Below are positions 1-8,708 of a stretch of DNA of 64,000 nt, piece after piece. Under the pieces are notes generated by a model, which was not told the DNA's origin, made no database searches, and saw only the letters and a list, made by a program, of their open reading frames with translations. Source of the stretch: Bacteroidaceae bacterium (GTDB lineage Bacteria; Bacteroidota; Bacteroidia; Bacteroidales; Bacteroidaceae). Each line of letters opens with the position of its first letter. Position 1 is the stretch's first letter. The stretch covers positions 705-64,704 of the forward strand of contig JAFTSK010000155.1 of assembly GCA_017467385.1 (NCBI GenBank). Reading direction: 5' to 3'. The position numbers and the translations under genes are program-made.

Positions 1-119
1 ATGATGAAAACATGGCTAAGACTGCTACTGCTAAGAAGTCAACTCGTACTCGTCGTTCTAAGAAGAGTGCTGCTGTTGCTGAAGCACCTGTTGCAGAAGA
101 AGCTCCAAAAGCTGAATAA
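1..119 (+). CDS. rplQ: 50S ribosomal protein L17, 3' end (partial)
   Basis: Frame from nt 3 reads DENMAKTATAKKSTRTRRSKKSAAVAEAPVAEEAPKAE*, the typical Bacteroides L17 C-terminal tail, with highly-expressed codon usage. Not in the ORF track. Confidence 0.85.
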   Translation, partial: DENMAKTATAKKSTRTRRSKKSAAVAEAPVAEEAPKAE

Positions 120-140
120 TCAAACCAAACTATATATTTT

Positions 141-172
141 AAAAGGCTGTGATTCGTTCACAGCCTTTTTTT
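141..172 (+). terminator. Rho-independent terminator after rplQ
   Basis: aaaaggctgtga-ttcgt-tcacagcctttt followed by a T run. Confidence 0.85.
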
Positions 173-181
173 ATGGCCGTG

Positions 182-241
182 AAAAAACTCTTTGACGCGA
201 AGGTCAACGCACCAAAGAGAATTGATGCTTTCTCTTTGGCG
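182..241. repeat. CTCTTTG/CAAAGAG triple-motif module, copy 1
   Basis: ctctttg at 188, caaagag at 213, ctctttg at 232. Confidence 0.6.
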
Positions 242-324
242 TGTTTTCCCTTTCTTTTAAGAACCTTTTTTGGCTTTAATTTGTTAATTAAAGTGTATTA
301 TGCGTGATTATCTGTAAAATCGTT

Positions 325-332
325 TATATTTG
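325..332 (+). promoter_or_regulatory. Bacteroidetes sigma-A -7 box
   Basis: TATATTTG (TAnnTTTG) about 20 nt upstream of ORF 352. Confidence 0.55.
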
Positions 333-351
333 CAGAAACAAATATTAAAAG

Positions 352-783
352 ATGAAGTATTTCTTGTTGCTCATATCTATGGTTGCATTGTTCTTGTTTG
401 GAACAAAAGCAATAGCCAACAATCTTTCTGTTGAGTGGGAAGATGGTAATGGCTCTGTGCAACAACAAATCGTGTCTCAGAATCAGGTTAATGCTCCTTT
501 GGCTATGGAGTATGTTTCTCCGGTTGCCCCTAAAGGCTTGAATGGTGAGGCTACCCTGGTTTCTCATGTCTTGGCCAGACAATTCAGTGGAACTACGACA
601 CGTACTTCTCGTTTTAATTCCCTTTATCACTTGCTGTATCCTAAGGCTTTGATGCGGCTGATAACGCTACGAATGGAACTGCTGAACCATTGTGTAGCCC
701 AGAATTATTCTTCCATTCCTTGCCTGAATTGGGGTGTCTCGTCTGAACATTATATCTTCGAGATGAGACGAATCATTATTTAG
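352..783 (+). CDS. Hypothetical exported protein with C-terminal HYIFEMRRIII motif
   Basis: 143 aa ORF, N-terminal signal peptide (MKYFLLLISMVALFLFGTKAIA), upstream -7 box. Confidence 0.65.
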   Translation: MKYFLLLISMVALFLFGTKAIANNLSVEWEDGNGSVQQQIVSQNQVNAPLAMEYVSPVAPKGLNGEATLVSHVLARQFSGTTTRTSRFNSLYHLLYPKALMRLITLRMELLNHCVAQNYSSIPCLNWGVSSEHYIFEMRRIII

Positions 784-864
784 TTTCTGTTTAAATGTTT
801 GTCTTGTTCTTTCCTTTAGAGGGAGGAACACTATCCTTTTGTACATTTAAATAGAACATTGATT

Positions 865-1404
865 ATGAATGAAACTCCTCATGTAGAGACAACCTTGTTG
901 TCGTCTGCGCATCCGTATATATCAAAACATATTAGTTGCTTTTCTGTATTTGTTTCAGTGGCTTTAGTTGTTGTCGGAATAGCGGCAATCATCTTGGCTT
1001 TGGATTTGAATACTGCCCCTTCTACACTAAGCATGGTCTTGTTGACCGTTGGTACTATTTTTCTTTTGATAGCTTTGTATCGCTTGTTTTGGCGAAGCAA
1101 AGAATTGGTTTACACCCCAACGGGAAGTAGTATTTCGGAAGGTTCTTGCTATTGGGATGTGAGTGATTTACAGGAACTATCCAGATTGCTCGAACAAAGC
1201 GATTTCGCTTCAACGGCTCCTCTTACTGTCAAGTTGAGTGGTAATGTTCGGTTGGATTACATCTTGTCTAAAGATCGAAAATTTGCGGCTGTACAGTTAT
1301 TCCGTTTTGTGCCTTATGTCTATGAACCGGTATCTCAAGTGTATTATTATACCGGTGAGGTGGCAGAAGCTTTTGTACACCGCTTCTTTCATAAAAACTT
1401 TTGA
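865..1404 (+). CDS. Hypothetical membrane protein (two TM helices plus soluble domain)
   Basis: Two hydrophobic stretches near the N-terminus; ATG at 865. Confidence 0.75.
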   Translation: MNETPHVETTLLSSAHPYISKHISCFSVFVSVALVVVGIAAIILALDLNTAPSTLSMVLLTVGTIFLLIALYRLFWRSKELVYTPTGSSISEGSCYWDVSDLQELSRLLEQSDFASTAPLTVKLSGNVRLDYILSKDRKFAAVQLFRFVPYVYEPVSQVYYYTGEVAEAFVHRFFHKNF

Positions 1405-1502
1405 TTTTCTATGACTCTTTATGTTATGATAGCTGAAACTTGTCTGTGAAGATGGGTTTTATGCACTTTAAAACGTTAATGTGATAAATTGTTGGGATGG
1501 GG

Positions 1503-3302
1503 TTAGTCGTTGATGATTAGCCCCATTTTTTTCATTAGAAAACAAGCATTCATGTTTTGTGCCACACCTTCGCGTAACTTGTAAGAGAAACTCAGTTCGT
1601 TGTCCTTGATGTCGGCTTCAAAGTAATAGTTTCTGATGGTAGTTGGGAAATGTTCCTGCAACTGTCCTAATAACAAATCGTGTGTAGCGATGATACCATT
1701 GGCTTTCAGTTGCATGAGCTGTTGTACTAAGGAGAATGAACCTTTCTGCTTGTCTTTGGAGTTTGTTCCTTTTAATATCTCATCCAAGATGATGAATAGC
1801 TCTTCGCCGTTGTTCAGTTGGTCGATGATTTGTTTCAATCGCTTTAGCTCCGCAAAGAAATAAGATTCATTGTCGGTCAGAGAATCATTCGTGCGAAGAC
1901 TGGTCATCAGCTTTGCGGGGTAGACCTTTAGGGAAGCACAGCATACCGGCGAACCGATACAAGCCAACAAATGGTTGGTTCCTATGGTGCGGAGATAGGT
2001 ACTTTTACCTGCCATGTTAGCTCCTGTAATGATGATGAAGTACGGTCGGGAAGGAATGTTGGCATCGTTCAGCACGCATTGTGTAGAGGGCATAAGCGGA
2101 TGTCCCATGTCTTTTGCTTGGAACACGAAAGGTGTTTCGGAGATTTCGGGATAGGTGTAGGTAGGATGATTGAACGCAAATGTACCGATAGCGCAAAGTG
2201 CATCCAATTCTCCCAAAGCCGACAACCATTGCAACAGTTCTTTTTGATAGCGAACCTTCCATTGCTCGATACGGAGAATTTGGCGGAGCTGCCAGAACAG
2301 ACTGCCTTCCAATAGCAGGAAAAGGAGCTGGTTGTTGCGTAAATCAAGGCGATCGAGTTCTTGTGAGAGTTGCAGAAGAATGTCGGTTGCGTTCTTGCCG
2401 TTACATTCAAATTCCTTTTTCAGCGACACCAATAGACGGCTTTTCATCGGTTGCTTGTCGGCAAGGCTTATCAATCGGGCATAAGTAGACAAGACTTTCA
2501 AGGTTTTGTCGAATCCGGATTGAACCTTGCTGATTCGTCTGAATAAGCCCATTCCTATTATCACGAAAGAACAGAATACCAGGCCGAACCAACTGAAAGA
2601 AAGGATTCCCGTTATACCCAACAAGAACAAGGCGATGTTGACAATGGGTACAAGGAAACAAATCGTCCGGTTGCGCTTTTGGGGAAGGAAGGCCGGTTCC
2701 GCTTGAATCCAAGTCTTCAATTCTTTCAAGTCGTTTTGCTTTTGCGAGAACTGTATCCCTGTGATACGGAATGTTTCGCGAAAATCGTTGTATTCGCTTA
2801 GTTCCCGAACCGCTTGCTGGCGGTCTTCGATGTCCGATTGGTTGGTTAAGGGTTTGCGTAGCCATGAACTTAATGTCTCTTTCCCGAAGGAAGTACAAGT
2901 ACGGTTCAATGCCTGGAATAGTGAATGTTTCCCAAAAACATCTAAATCCATGCTGTAAGGGTGCGAAGCGTCTATCCATTCACTACCGTCTTCGTAATGA
3001 CTATTGTCAAGGTGTAGGGAAGCCAATTCCGCCTGGTAATGCTTGGTGCTTGCCTCGTACCAATCCTTCCGTTGGAACAGACGATTGTGAAGTTTGACCA
3101 ATAACAGGAAAGGAATCAAAGTGGCCGCAACAATGCTTCCAATAATCAATTCACCTTTATTGTAGCAACAACAGATAGCCACAAAGCCCATAATGAACAG
3201 GGCTACGCGGAAAAGGCTGATACGGAGAATCTTACTCTTGGTTTCTTGACAAGCGGATTGGGCTTTCTCCAACCGTTGTTGATAATATGTTTCTAAATTC
3301 AT
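1503..3302 (-). CDS. Membrane-anchored MutS-related ATPase (MutS domain V)
   Basis: Walker A ITGANMAGKSTYLR, SYFFAELKRL, ILDEILKGTN, IIATHD; TM segments; no mismatch-recognition domain evident. Confidence 0.9.
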   Translation of the reverse strand: MNLETYYQQRLEKAQSACQETKSKILRISLFRVALFIMGFVAICCCYNKGELIIGSIVAATLIPFLLLVKLHNRLFQRKDWYEASTKHYQAELASLHLDNSHYEDGSEWIDASHPYSMDLDVFGKHSLFQALNRTCTSFGKETLSSWLRKPLTNQSDIEDRQQAVRELSEYNDFRETFRITGIQFSQKQNDLKELKTWIQAEPAFLPQKRNRTICFLVPIVNIALFLLGITGILSFSWFGLVFCSFVIIGMGLFRRISKVQSGFDKTLKVLSTYARLISLADKQPMKSRLLVSLKKEFECNGKNATDILLQLSQELDRLDLRNNQLLFLLLEGSLFWQLRQILRIEQWKVRYQKELLQWLSALGELDALCAIGTFAFNHPTYTYPEISETPFVFQAKDMGHPLMPSTQCVLNDANIPSRPYFIIITGANMAGKSTYLRTIGTNHLLACIGSPVCCASLKVYPAKLMTSLRTNDSLTDNESYFFAELKRLKQIIDQLNNGEELFIILDEILKGTNSKDKQKGSFSLVQQLMQLKANGIIATHDLLLGQLQEHFPTTIRNYYFEADIKDNELSFSYKLREGVAQNMNACFLMKKMGLIIND

Positions 3303-3473
3303 ACGTTTCGTTTTTGGGGAGCAAAGATAGGAAAGAAAGTTGGGCTTTCCCCTGCTCCGTATGTTATTTATGCTTATCAGTTTGTCCGATAGAAAGATTT
3401 TTTAACGCGGAACGTACCGGCTTGTTCGACGATAGCTCTATCTTTACAGAAAAATTTCATAAAAGAAGACGTT

Positions 3474-4109
3474 ATGAAGAAATTAATTGGTTTGGCATTA
3501 TGTGCCATGATGTTTACTTCGTGCTATACCACTTCCATGCAGGGAAGTCCGGCGGCTGTCTCTGCCGGTGCTTCTATTGGCGGTGTTTTAGGCTCTATTG
3601 TAGGCGATAGGGCAGGAGGTTGGCAAGGCTCACAGTTTGGTGCGTTGGTCGGTACGGTGGCAGGTGCAGCCATCGGCAATGCAATAACTACTCCTCGGCA
3701 GGAAAAGCCGGTGGAATGTTACGAAGAGAATGCTTCGGTAGAGACTTATTATGCTCCTTCGGGCTTGAGAATCACCAATATTCGTTTCATTGATGATAAC
3801 CGTAATCAGGTCATTGATGCGGAAGAAAACTGTAAATTGGTGTTCGATATCGTGAATGAAGGGGAAGTTCCGGCTTACAATGTAACTCCGATTGTAGAGG
3901 AAATCTCCGGTATGAAACACCTTACCATTTCTCCTTCGGCACAGATTTCGTATATGCCGAAAGGAAACCGTATTCGTTATACGGCCACGATTGCCGGTGG
4001 AAAAAGATTGAAAACGGGCGAAGCTGTGTTCAGAGTGTACACTTCTGAGAGCAACGGGGCTTTAAGCGATTCGCATGAGTTTTCTTTGCCTACTGCCAGA
4101 AGGAATTGA
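3474..4109 (+). CDS. Glycine-zipper lipoprotein with C-terminal Ig-like domain
   Basis: Lipobox FTSC; GASIGGVLGSIVG...GALVGTVAGAAIG glycine zipper. Confidence 0.8.
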   Translation: MKKLIGLALCAMMFTSCYTTSMQGSPAAVSAGASIGGVLGSIVGDRAGGWQGSQFGALVGTVAGAAIGNAITTPRQEKPVECYEENASVETYYAPSGLRITNIRFIDDNRNQVIDAEENCKLVFDIVNEGEVPAYNVTPIVEEISGMKHLTISPSAQISYMPKGNRIRYTATIAGGKRLKTGEAVFRVYTSESNGALSDSHEFSLPTARRN

Positions 4110-4117
4110 AATAAGAA

Positions 4118-4239
4118 GTTTGGATTTATTTCTTCCCCCTCTTGAGAGGGGATTAAGGGGTGTGTGAGACACACATAGGTAAGGATACATTTCAGTTGGT
4201 GTATTTCACACACTCCCTTCCCCCTCTCGAGAGGGGGAA
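4118..4239. repeat. REP-like inverted doublet, subtype A copy 1
   Basis: cccctcttgagaggggattaaggggtgtgtgag ... ttcacacactcccttccccctctcgagagggg between convergent genes; near-identical to 11478-11597. Confidence 0.9.
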
Positions 4240-4299
4240 CATACATATCAAAAACAGATTAAGTCGAGATATTTCGTAGTGTCTTGCCACTCTCAGAAC

Positions 4300-4758
4300 C
4301 TATCCTTTATTAACAATCTGTTGAATCTCCTGAAGCGTCAGGTTGCCTACTATCAGGATGAGGGTAAACTCGTCTTTGGAACGGTTCAGCAACACAAACT
4401 CTTTTAGTCCGTCTTTTTTCTGCTTCATGTAAATCGTGGTCTTGTCGCCTTCATCGTTGATACGCATGAGTTCCTCGTAGCCGTTCTTGGTCGAGATGAA
4501 ATCAGTTTCTTTCTTCAACTGTTCGATGATTTCCGGCTTCTCGCAACTCAGAATCTGTACACTTTCCAATTTAGAAGTCAGTTGGCCGATATTGAGGTCG
4601 TCTGTCTGCATGTTCGGAATCATGCTGAGCATGGCTTTGGAAATATAGACAGAAGTTACGCCTTCCTGTTCGGCATATTTGTCGAAATAACTGTGCTGTG
4701 CTTGGGCGAATACAGAGCAAAGCATGAATAACAAGATAAGGATATAATTACGTTTCAT
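4300..4758 (-). CDS. DUF4252 family exported protein
   Basis: Signal peptide; FDKYAEQEGVTSVYISKAML and GYEELMRIND motifs. Confidence 0.85.
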   Translation of the reverse strand: MKRNYILILLFMLCSVFAQAQHSYFDKYAEQEGVTSVYISKAMLSMIPNMQTDDLNIGQLTSKLESVQILSCEKPEIIEQLKKETDFISTKNGYEELMRINDEGDKTTIYMKQKKDGLKEFVLLNRSKDEFTLILIVGNLTLQEIQQIVNKG

Positions 4759-4763
4759 AAGTT

Positions 4764-5273
4764 TTATTTTTTAAGTTCGTTGAATGTTTGGTTTATTTTA
4801 TGGTCTACGCGATGCATCGCTTCCAGCTGCCCCATGCCTTTGTTGAGGGCGGTGGAGAACATGATGAGTGCTTTTTGCGTTTCGGCGTATGCTTCTTCGG
4901 GAGTGGCACAAGTGTCCTGTGCGATGTACTTGGACGAAGGCTCGTTCAGATAGCGGCCAATGCCGAACAGAAGCAACAGGCTGGCGGCAATGCCGGCTAT
5001 CCATTGCAGACGAATGGTGCGACTTCGTTTCCGGATGCTGGTGGTGTTTTGTTCTTGCCTTTCCCATTCGTCGACTAAGGATGACAAGCGTTGTTCCATC
5101 CCTTTAGGGGTGGCTTCGGCAGCCAACTGAAGAAACATTGCTTTCTCCGCTTGGAGATGGACAGGTGTTTCTTCACAAGTGAAGAACTCCTTTAATGTCT
5201 GTTCCTCGGCTTCGGTAGTCAGACCGTCGTAATAACGTTCCAACAATTCTTCTATGTATTTATCATCTTTCAT
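4764..5273 (-). CDS. Putative anti-sigma factor (single TM)
   Basis: IEELLERYYDGLTTEAEE N-terminus, WIAGIAASLLLL TM, overlaps the ECF sigma gene. Confidence 0.75.
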   Translation of the reverse strand: MKDDKYIEELLERYYDGLTTEAEEQTLKEFFTCEETPVHLQAEKAMFLQLAAEATPKGMEQRLSSLVDEWERQEQNTTSIRKRSRTIRLQWIAGIAASLLLLFGIGRYLNEPSSKYIAQDTCATPEEAYAETQKALIMFSTALNKGMGQLEAMHRVDHKINQTFNELKK

Positions 5274-5775
5274 AGTCCACTCTCATTTTAAATTGTTCGC
5301 GTATCTTTTTGCGAGCCCTACTCAACAACACTCGGATATTGACAGCCGAAAGTCCGGTCTGTTGTTCAATCTCCTCGTAAGGGCAATCGTCTATGTCTCT
5401 CATTATCATCACTTGCCTTTGCGGTGGGGGAAGCTCGTCAATCAGCTTTCTCATTTGTCCGACCTCATCTTTCAACTCCACCTCTCTGGCCAGGTCTGTA
5501 TCGGTAGCCAAGTTCAACTCTTCCGGTAGCCTGCCGTCTTCCTCCAACTGCGAAGCTCTCAACGCATCGTAACAAAGGTTCTTCGTCAGAGTGATGCAGT
5601 AAGCTTCCCAACTTTCGATGTTTGAGGGAAGTTCTTCCCGCCGTTTCCACAACTTCAGATACGCTTCTTGCACCATGTCTTCGGCATCCTGAACATTCCC
5701 GAGCAGACGGAAAGCCATCCGATACAACTTCCGATGATAGGGCAAGAACAAACGTTTGAAATCATTTGCGTCCAT
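5263..5775 (-). CDS. ECF RNA polymerase sigma-70 factor
   Basis: DAEDMVQEAYLKLW region 2; region 4 IRVLLSRARKKIR. Confidence 0.95.
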   Translation of the reverse strand: MDANDFKRLFLPYHRKLYRMAFRLLGNVQDAEDMVQEAYLKLWKRREELPSNIESWEAYCITLTKNLCYDALRASQLEEDGRLPEELNLATDTDLAREVELKDEVGQMRKLIDELPPPQRQVMIMRDIDDCPYEEIEQQTGLSAVNIRVLLSRARKKIREQFKMRVDYER

Positions 5776-6250
5776 TGTTTTTCTTCTGATTGTCGCTGAT
5801 TATTGTGGCAATGTCCTCTTTCCTGATTTTCCCTTTCATCAGTACGGCACTACATTCCTCCTGGCTGACCGTATAAAGCAACAATTCCCGGATGCTTTGC
5901 TCATCTGTCTTGGCCAATATCTTGATGGTTTCGCCGTCTTCCTTGACGGTGAGAAGCGGTTCGTATCCTTTGAGCTTCAGTTGGCTGACTTGCTCTTTGA
6001 AGCTCTCTTTGACTTTCGCGCTACATTCTTCCAAATCCAGCACTTTAACCGACTTGATTCCTTTGATGAAACGGGGTTCCGCATCGTCGTCGTTCATAAA
6101 CAGTCGTGCTATCTTCATCATAAAAGGCGAAACGCTTTGATATTCGGCCTTTTGTTCGTGTTTGAAATTCTCGAACAGGCTGTTTACGCTTTGTGCGAGA
6201 GAGTACTGACAAGCTATCAGCATGATGATGGTCGCTATAAATGTTTTCAT
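5762..6250 (-). CDS. DUF4252 family exported protein
   Basis: Signal peptide MKTFIATIIMLIACQYSLAQ; GYEPLLTVKEDGE motif; paralog of 4300-4758. Confidence 0.8.
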   Translation of the reverse strand: MKTFIATIIMLIACQYSLAQSVNSLFENFKHEQKAEYQSVSPFMMKIARLFMNDDDAEPRFIKGIKSVKVLDLEECSAKVKESFKEQVSQLKLKGYEPLLTVKEDGETIKILAKTDEQSIRELLLYTVSQEECSAVLMKGKIRKEDIATIISDNQKKNNGRK

Positions 6251-6315
6251 GTTTCTGTTTTGTTTGTTTAATGAATGATACAAATAAGGTTGATTAAAGC
6301 GCTTTCATTAGGACA

Positions 6316-6342
6316 GACGGGAGTTTGCCGGATATTGTTACA
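6316..6342 (-). promoter_or_regulatory. ECF-type promoter for the DUF4252/sigma operon
   Basis: Minus strand reads TGTAAC-N17-CGTC, matching the general ECF -35 AAC / -10 CGT consensus. Confidence 0.65.
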
Positions 6343-6443
6343 AAGTTAGGAAAGTTTTTTTGTAAACAATGCCTTGTTGGGAGGGATTCCTTGTGTGAAA
6401 ATAACAGATGCCATTCCGCTTTGGCAATTTTCTTTCCTAATTC

Positions 6444-6474
6444 TTTGTTTTCTTCCTACTTTTCCCTACTTTTG
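6444..6474 (+). promoter_or_regulatory. Bacteroidetes sigma-A promoter
   Basis: TTTG(6444)-N19-TACTTTTG(6467). Confidence 0.6.
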
Positions 6475-6547
6475 TCATGATTCTTGCTTGAAGTGTCGGG
6501 CAGAATCATTTTATGGAAAAATATTAGCGTTTGCTATTATTCTATAT

Positions 6548-6723
6548 CATCTGTTGGAACTTAGGAAATTTCACGTGTATATGATAAGAATAAGATGGCA
6601 GATGCCTACGTATAGCGTAGGTGCATCTTGTTTCTTTATATACACAGGTATCCTAAGACCTCAACAGATGAAGGGCATAAAAGATGACATCTACGCTTCT
6701 TTTATGCCTGGGGCTTAGGATAC
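6548..6723. ncRNA. Candidate structured RNA or leader with alternative pairings
   Basis: Several long complementary segments: 6601-6610/6616-6627, 6648-6657/6714-6723, 6674-6684/6698-6708, 6548-6566/6651-6670, 6614-6629/6681-6697. Confidence 0.55.
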
Positions 6724-6756
6724 TACTTACGGTTTAAATTCGTTAAATCTGGAAAT

Positions 6757-6978
6757 ATGGAAAACATCGGTACATTGATAAAGGAAGAACTGAAAAATCA
6801 AGATCGGACGGCTTCATGGCTTGCCGCCAAATTATCATGTAATCGTGCTAATGTATATAACATTTTCTCGCGTGAAAATATAGACATACAACTCTTGATA
6901 AGAATCTCTAAAATTCTGAAAAGAAACTTCTTTAAAGCTATTTATGAAGAAATAGAGGATAATATTAATAATGTCTAA
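6757..6978 (+). CDS. Small XRE-family helix-turn-helix protein
   Basis: IGTLIKEELKNQDRTASWLAAKLSCNRANVYNIFSRENID...LLIRISKILKRNFF. Confidence 0.85.
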   Translation: MENIGTLIKEELKNQDRTASWLAAKLSCNRANVYNIFSRENIDIQLLIRISKILKRNFFKAIYEEIEDNINNV

Positions 6979-7090
6979 ATATTTGATACAATTTGCTTAA
7001 TTTTATGATACTCTGGCTTTGTATATGAACGAGTCGATTTTTGTAGTTTTGCAATAGTTAAATAGCAAATTATTTAGAAATTATTGTAAT

Positions 7091-8023
7091 ATGAAGAAAA
7101 GTTTACTCGTATTGATTCTTTTTTCTTTGTCCATGCAAATGTATGCACAAAGAAAGGTTGAGGTTGTAGAGAACGCAACAACAAATGTTGAAGTTTCTAC
7201 TAATAAGAAATTCATTAAACGAAAAGTTGCTATCGGAAGGTTCTCGAATGAAACACAATATGCTAAGGGTATTTTCTATGACAAAGAGAATGATCCGATG
7301 GGTAAACAAGCCCTTGATATTTTGTCTGCCAAGTTAGCAGCTTCAGATAAATTTATCTTGTTAGAACGTAGTGACCTTTCTACATTGTTGGAAGAAGCCA
7401 GTCGTAGTGGCGGTAATTTATCTTCTGCTATCGGAGCTGATTATATGATAATTGGTTCTATTACAGAATACGGAAGAAAAAATACAGGTAAGTCTGGTGT
7501 ATTTTCTACGACTAAAGTGCAAACAGTAGAAGCTGCTGTGTCTATTCGTTTAGTTGATGTTTCAAGTGGACTTATCATTTATTCTGATGAAGCAAAAGGT
7601 GCGGCTGAGATTACAACAAAAACTACTATGGGTGTGGGTGGAAAAGCCGGTTTTGATGCTACACTCAGCGATAAAGCTATTTCGGAAGCAATAGGACAAT
7701 TAGTTGAGAATATTATTAATAAGTGCACCAATAAGCCTTGGCGAACATACTTTTTGTCGTATGATAGTGATGCTATATTAATTGCTGGCGGTCAAAGTCA
7801 AGGACTTGTAGAAGGTATGCAGTTAGCAGTTAAGACAAAAGGAAAACAAGTAAAGAACCCTCAAACAGGAATAATGATAGATTTACCAGGTAAAGAAATA
7901 GGAACAGTAACCGTTATTACCACAGGTGGTGATACTCCAGAGACGGAGTATTCATTCGTAGAAGTTCAAGGAAACATTGATGCTAACAATATTATGAATT
8001 ATATAATTGAAGAGAAAAAATGA
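7091..8023 (+). CDS. CsgG/HfaB family protein with FlgT-like C-terminal domain
   Basis: KVAIGRFSNET, FILLERSDL, GADYMIIGSITEYG, IRLVDVSSGLIIYS; C-terminal NPQTGIMIDLPGKEIG. Confidence 0.85.
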   Translation: MKKSLLVLILFSLSMQMYAQRKVEVVENATTNVEVSTNKKFIKRKVAIGRFSNETQYAKGIFYDKENDPMGKQALDILSAKLAASDKFILLERSDLSTLLEEASRSGGNLSSAIGADYMIIGSITEYGRKNTGKSGVFSTTKVQTVEAAVSIRLVDVSSGLIIYSDEAKGAAEITTKTTMGVGGKAGFDATLSDKAISEAIGQLVENIINKCTNKPWRTYFLSYDSDAILIAGGQSQGLVEGMQLAVKTKGKQVKNPQTGIMIDLPGKEIGTVTVITTGGDTPETEYSFVEVQGNIDANNIMNYIIEEKK

Positions 8024-8361
8024 AACGAACTTTATTTTTCATTGTATTAGGATTGGCTTTGGTTATGGTAGGTTGTAAAGCCAATTATCCAGTTGCACAA
8101 CAAAGTGGTAAAGATGATGTGGCTTTTTTACTGTTTGTTAGTGCTTCCAATCAATCTTCCCAAATTGTTGATGTAACAATTGATGGTAATACTACTTTTG
8201 AAGCAAAAACTGTCAAAGCGAAAAAGGCTAACCGAAAAGGTACATCATACGCTGTTGCTACTGGACGTCGTAGATTAAAAGTAGAGAAAGAAGGACAGAC
8301 ATTATATGAAAAAGAAGTGTTTTTATCTACTCAGGAAACTAAAATCATAACATTACCATGA
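8020..8361 (+). CDS. Small lipoprotein (beta-sandwich, PEGA-like)
   Basis: Lipobox MVGC; ATGA overlap with both neighbours. Confidence 0.75.
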   Translation: MKRTLFFIVLGLALVMVGCKANYPVAQQSGKDDVAFLLFVSASNQSSQIVDVTIDGNTTFEAKTVKAKKANRKGTSYAVATGRRRLKVEKEGQTLYEKEVFLSTQETKIITLP

Positions 8362-8708
8362 AAAAGAATATTTTAATCGCTGCATGTTGTAGCTTCTTGT
8401 TCGCTTCATGCGGAACATCTACAACAACACTCTATTCTTGGCACAATTATGAAGATGCATCTTATCAATATCAGAAGAAAGGTACTGATGAATTGTTTGC
8501 CAAAGCAATGGAAGAATATAAAAAAGTTATAGAGAAGCAGAAAGCTTCCCGAAAAACGGTGCCTCCTGGTTTAAATGCTGAATATGGTTACATGTTGTTC
8601 AAATCGGGTAAAGTGGAAGAAGGTATAACATATCTGAAAAAAGAAATAGCTCTTTATCCAGAATCAGAAACTTATATATCAAGAATCGTAAAACAATTAG
8701 AACCATGA
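8358..8708 (+). CDS. DUF4810 family lipoprotein
   Basis: Lipobox FASC; LYSWHNY, VPPGLNAEYGY, EIALYPES motifs. Confidence 0.9.
   Translation: MKKNILIAACCSFLFASCGTSTTTLYSWHNYEDASYQYQKKGTDELFAKAMEEYKKVIEKQKASRKTVPPGLNAEYGYMLFKSGKVEEGITYLKKEIALYPESETYISRIVKQLEP

Noticed and set aside
1-195. ORF-track 64 aa ORF MMKTWLRLLL...
   Set aside because: Wrong frame; the overlapping frame encodes the rplQ tail, and this ORF runs through the terminator.
3977-4246. Short ORFs with THPLIPSQEG / HTPLNPLSRGE peptides (also 11362-11550, 23076-23315, 52745-53062)
   Set aside because: They are translations of the REP-like repeats; their similarity is explained by the DNA repeat.
6548-6670. Invertible promoter (inverton) between imperfect inverted repeats
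   Set aside because: The repeats are imperfect, no consensus promoter lies between them and no recombinase is nearby; RNA structure is more parsimonious.
6374-6718. 114 aa ORF across the structured region
   Set aside because: TTG start, no recognisable protein features, overlaps a promoter and palindromic sequence.
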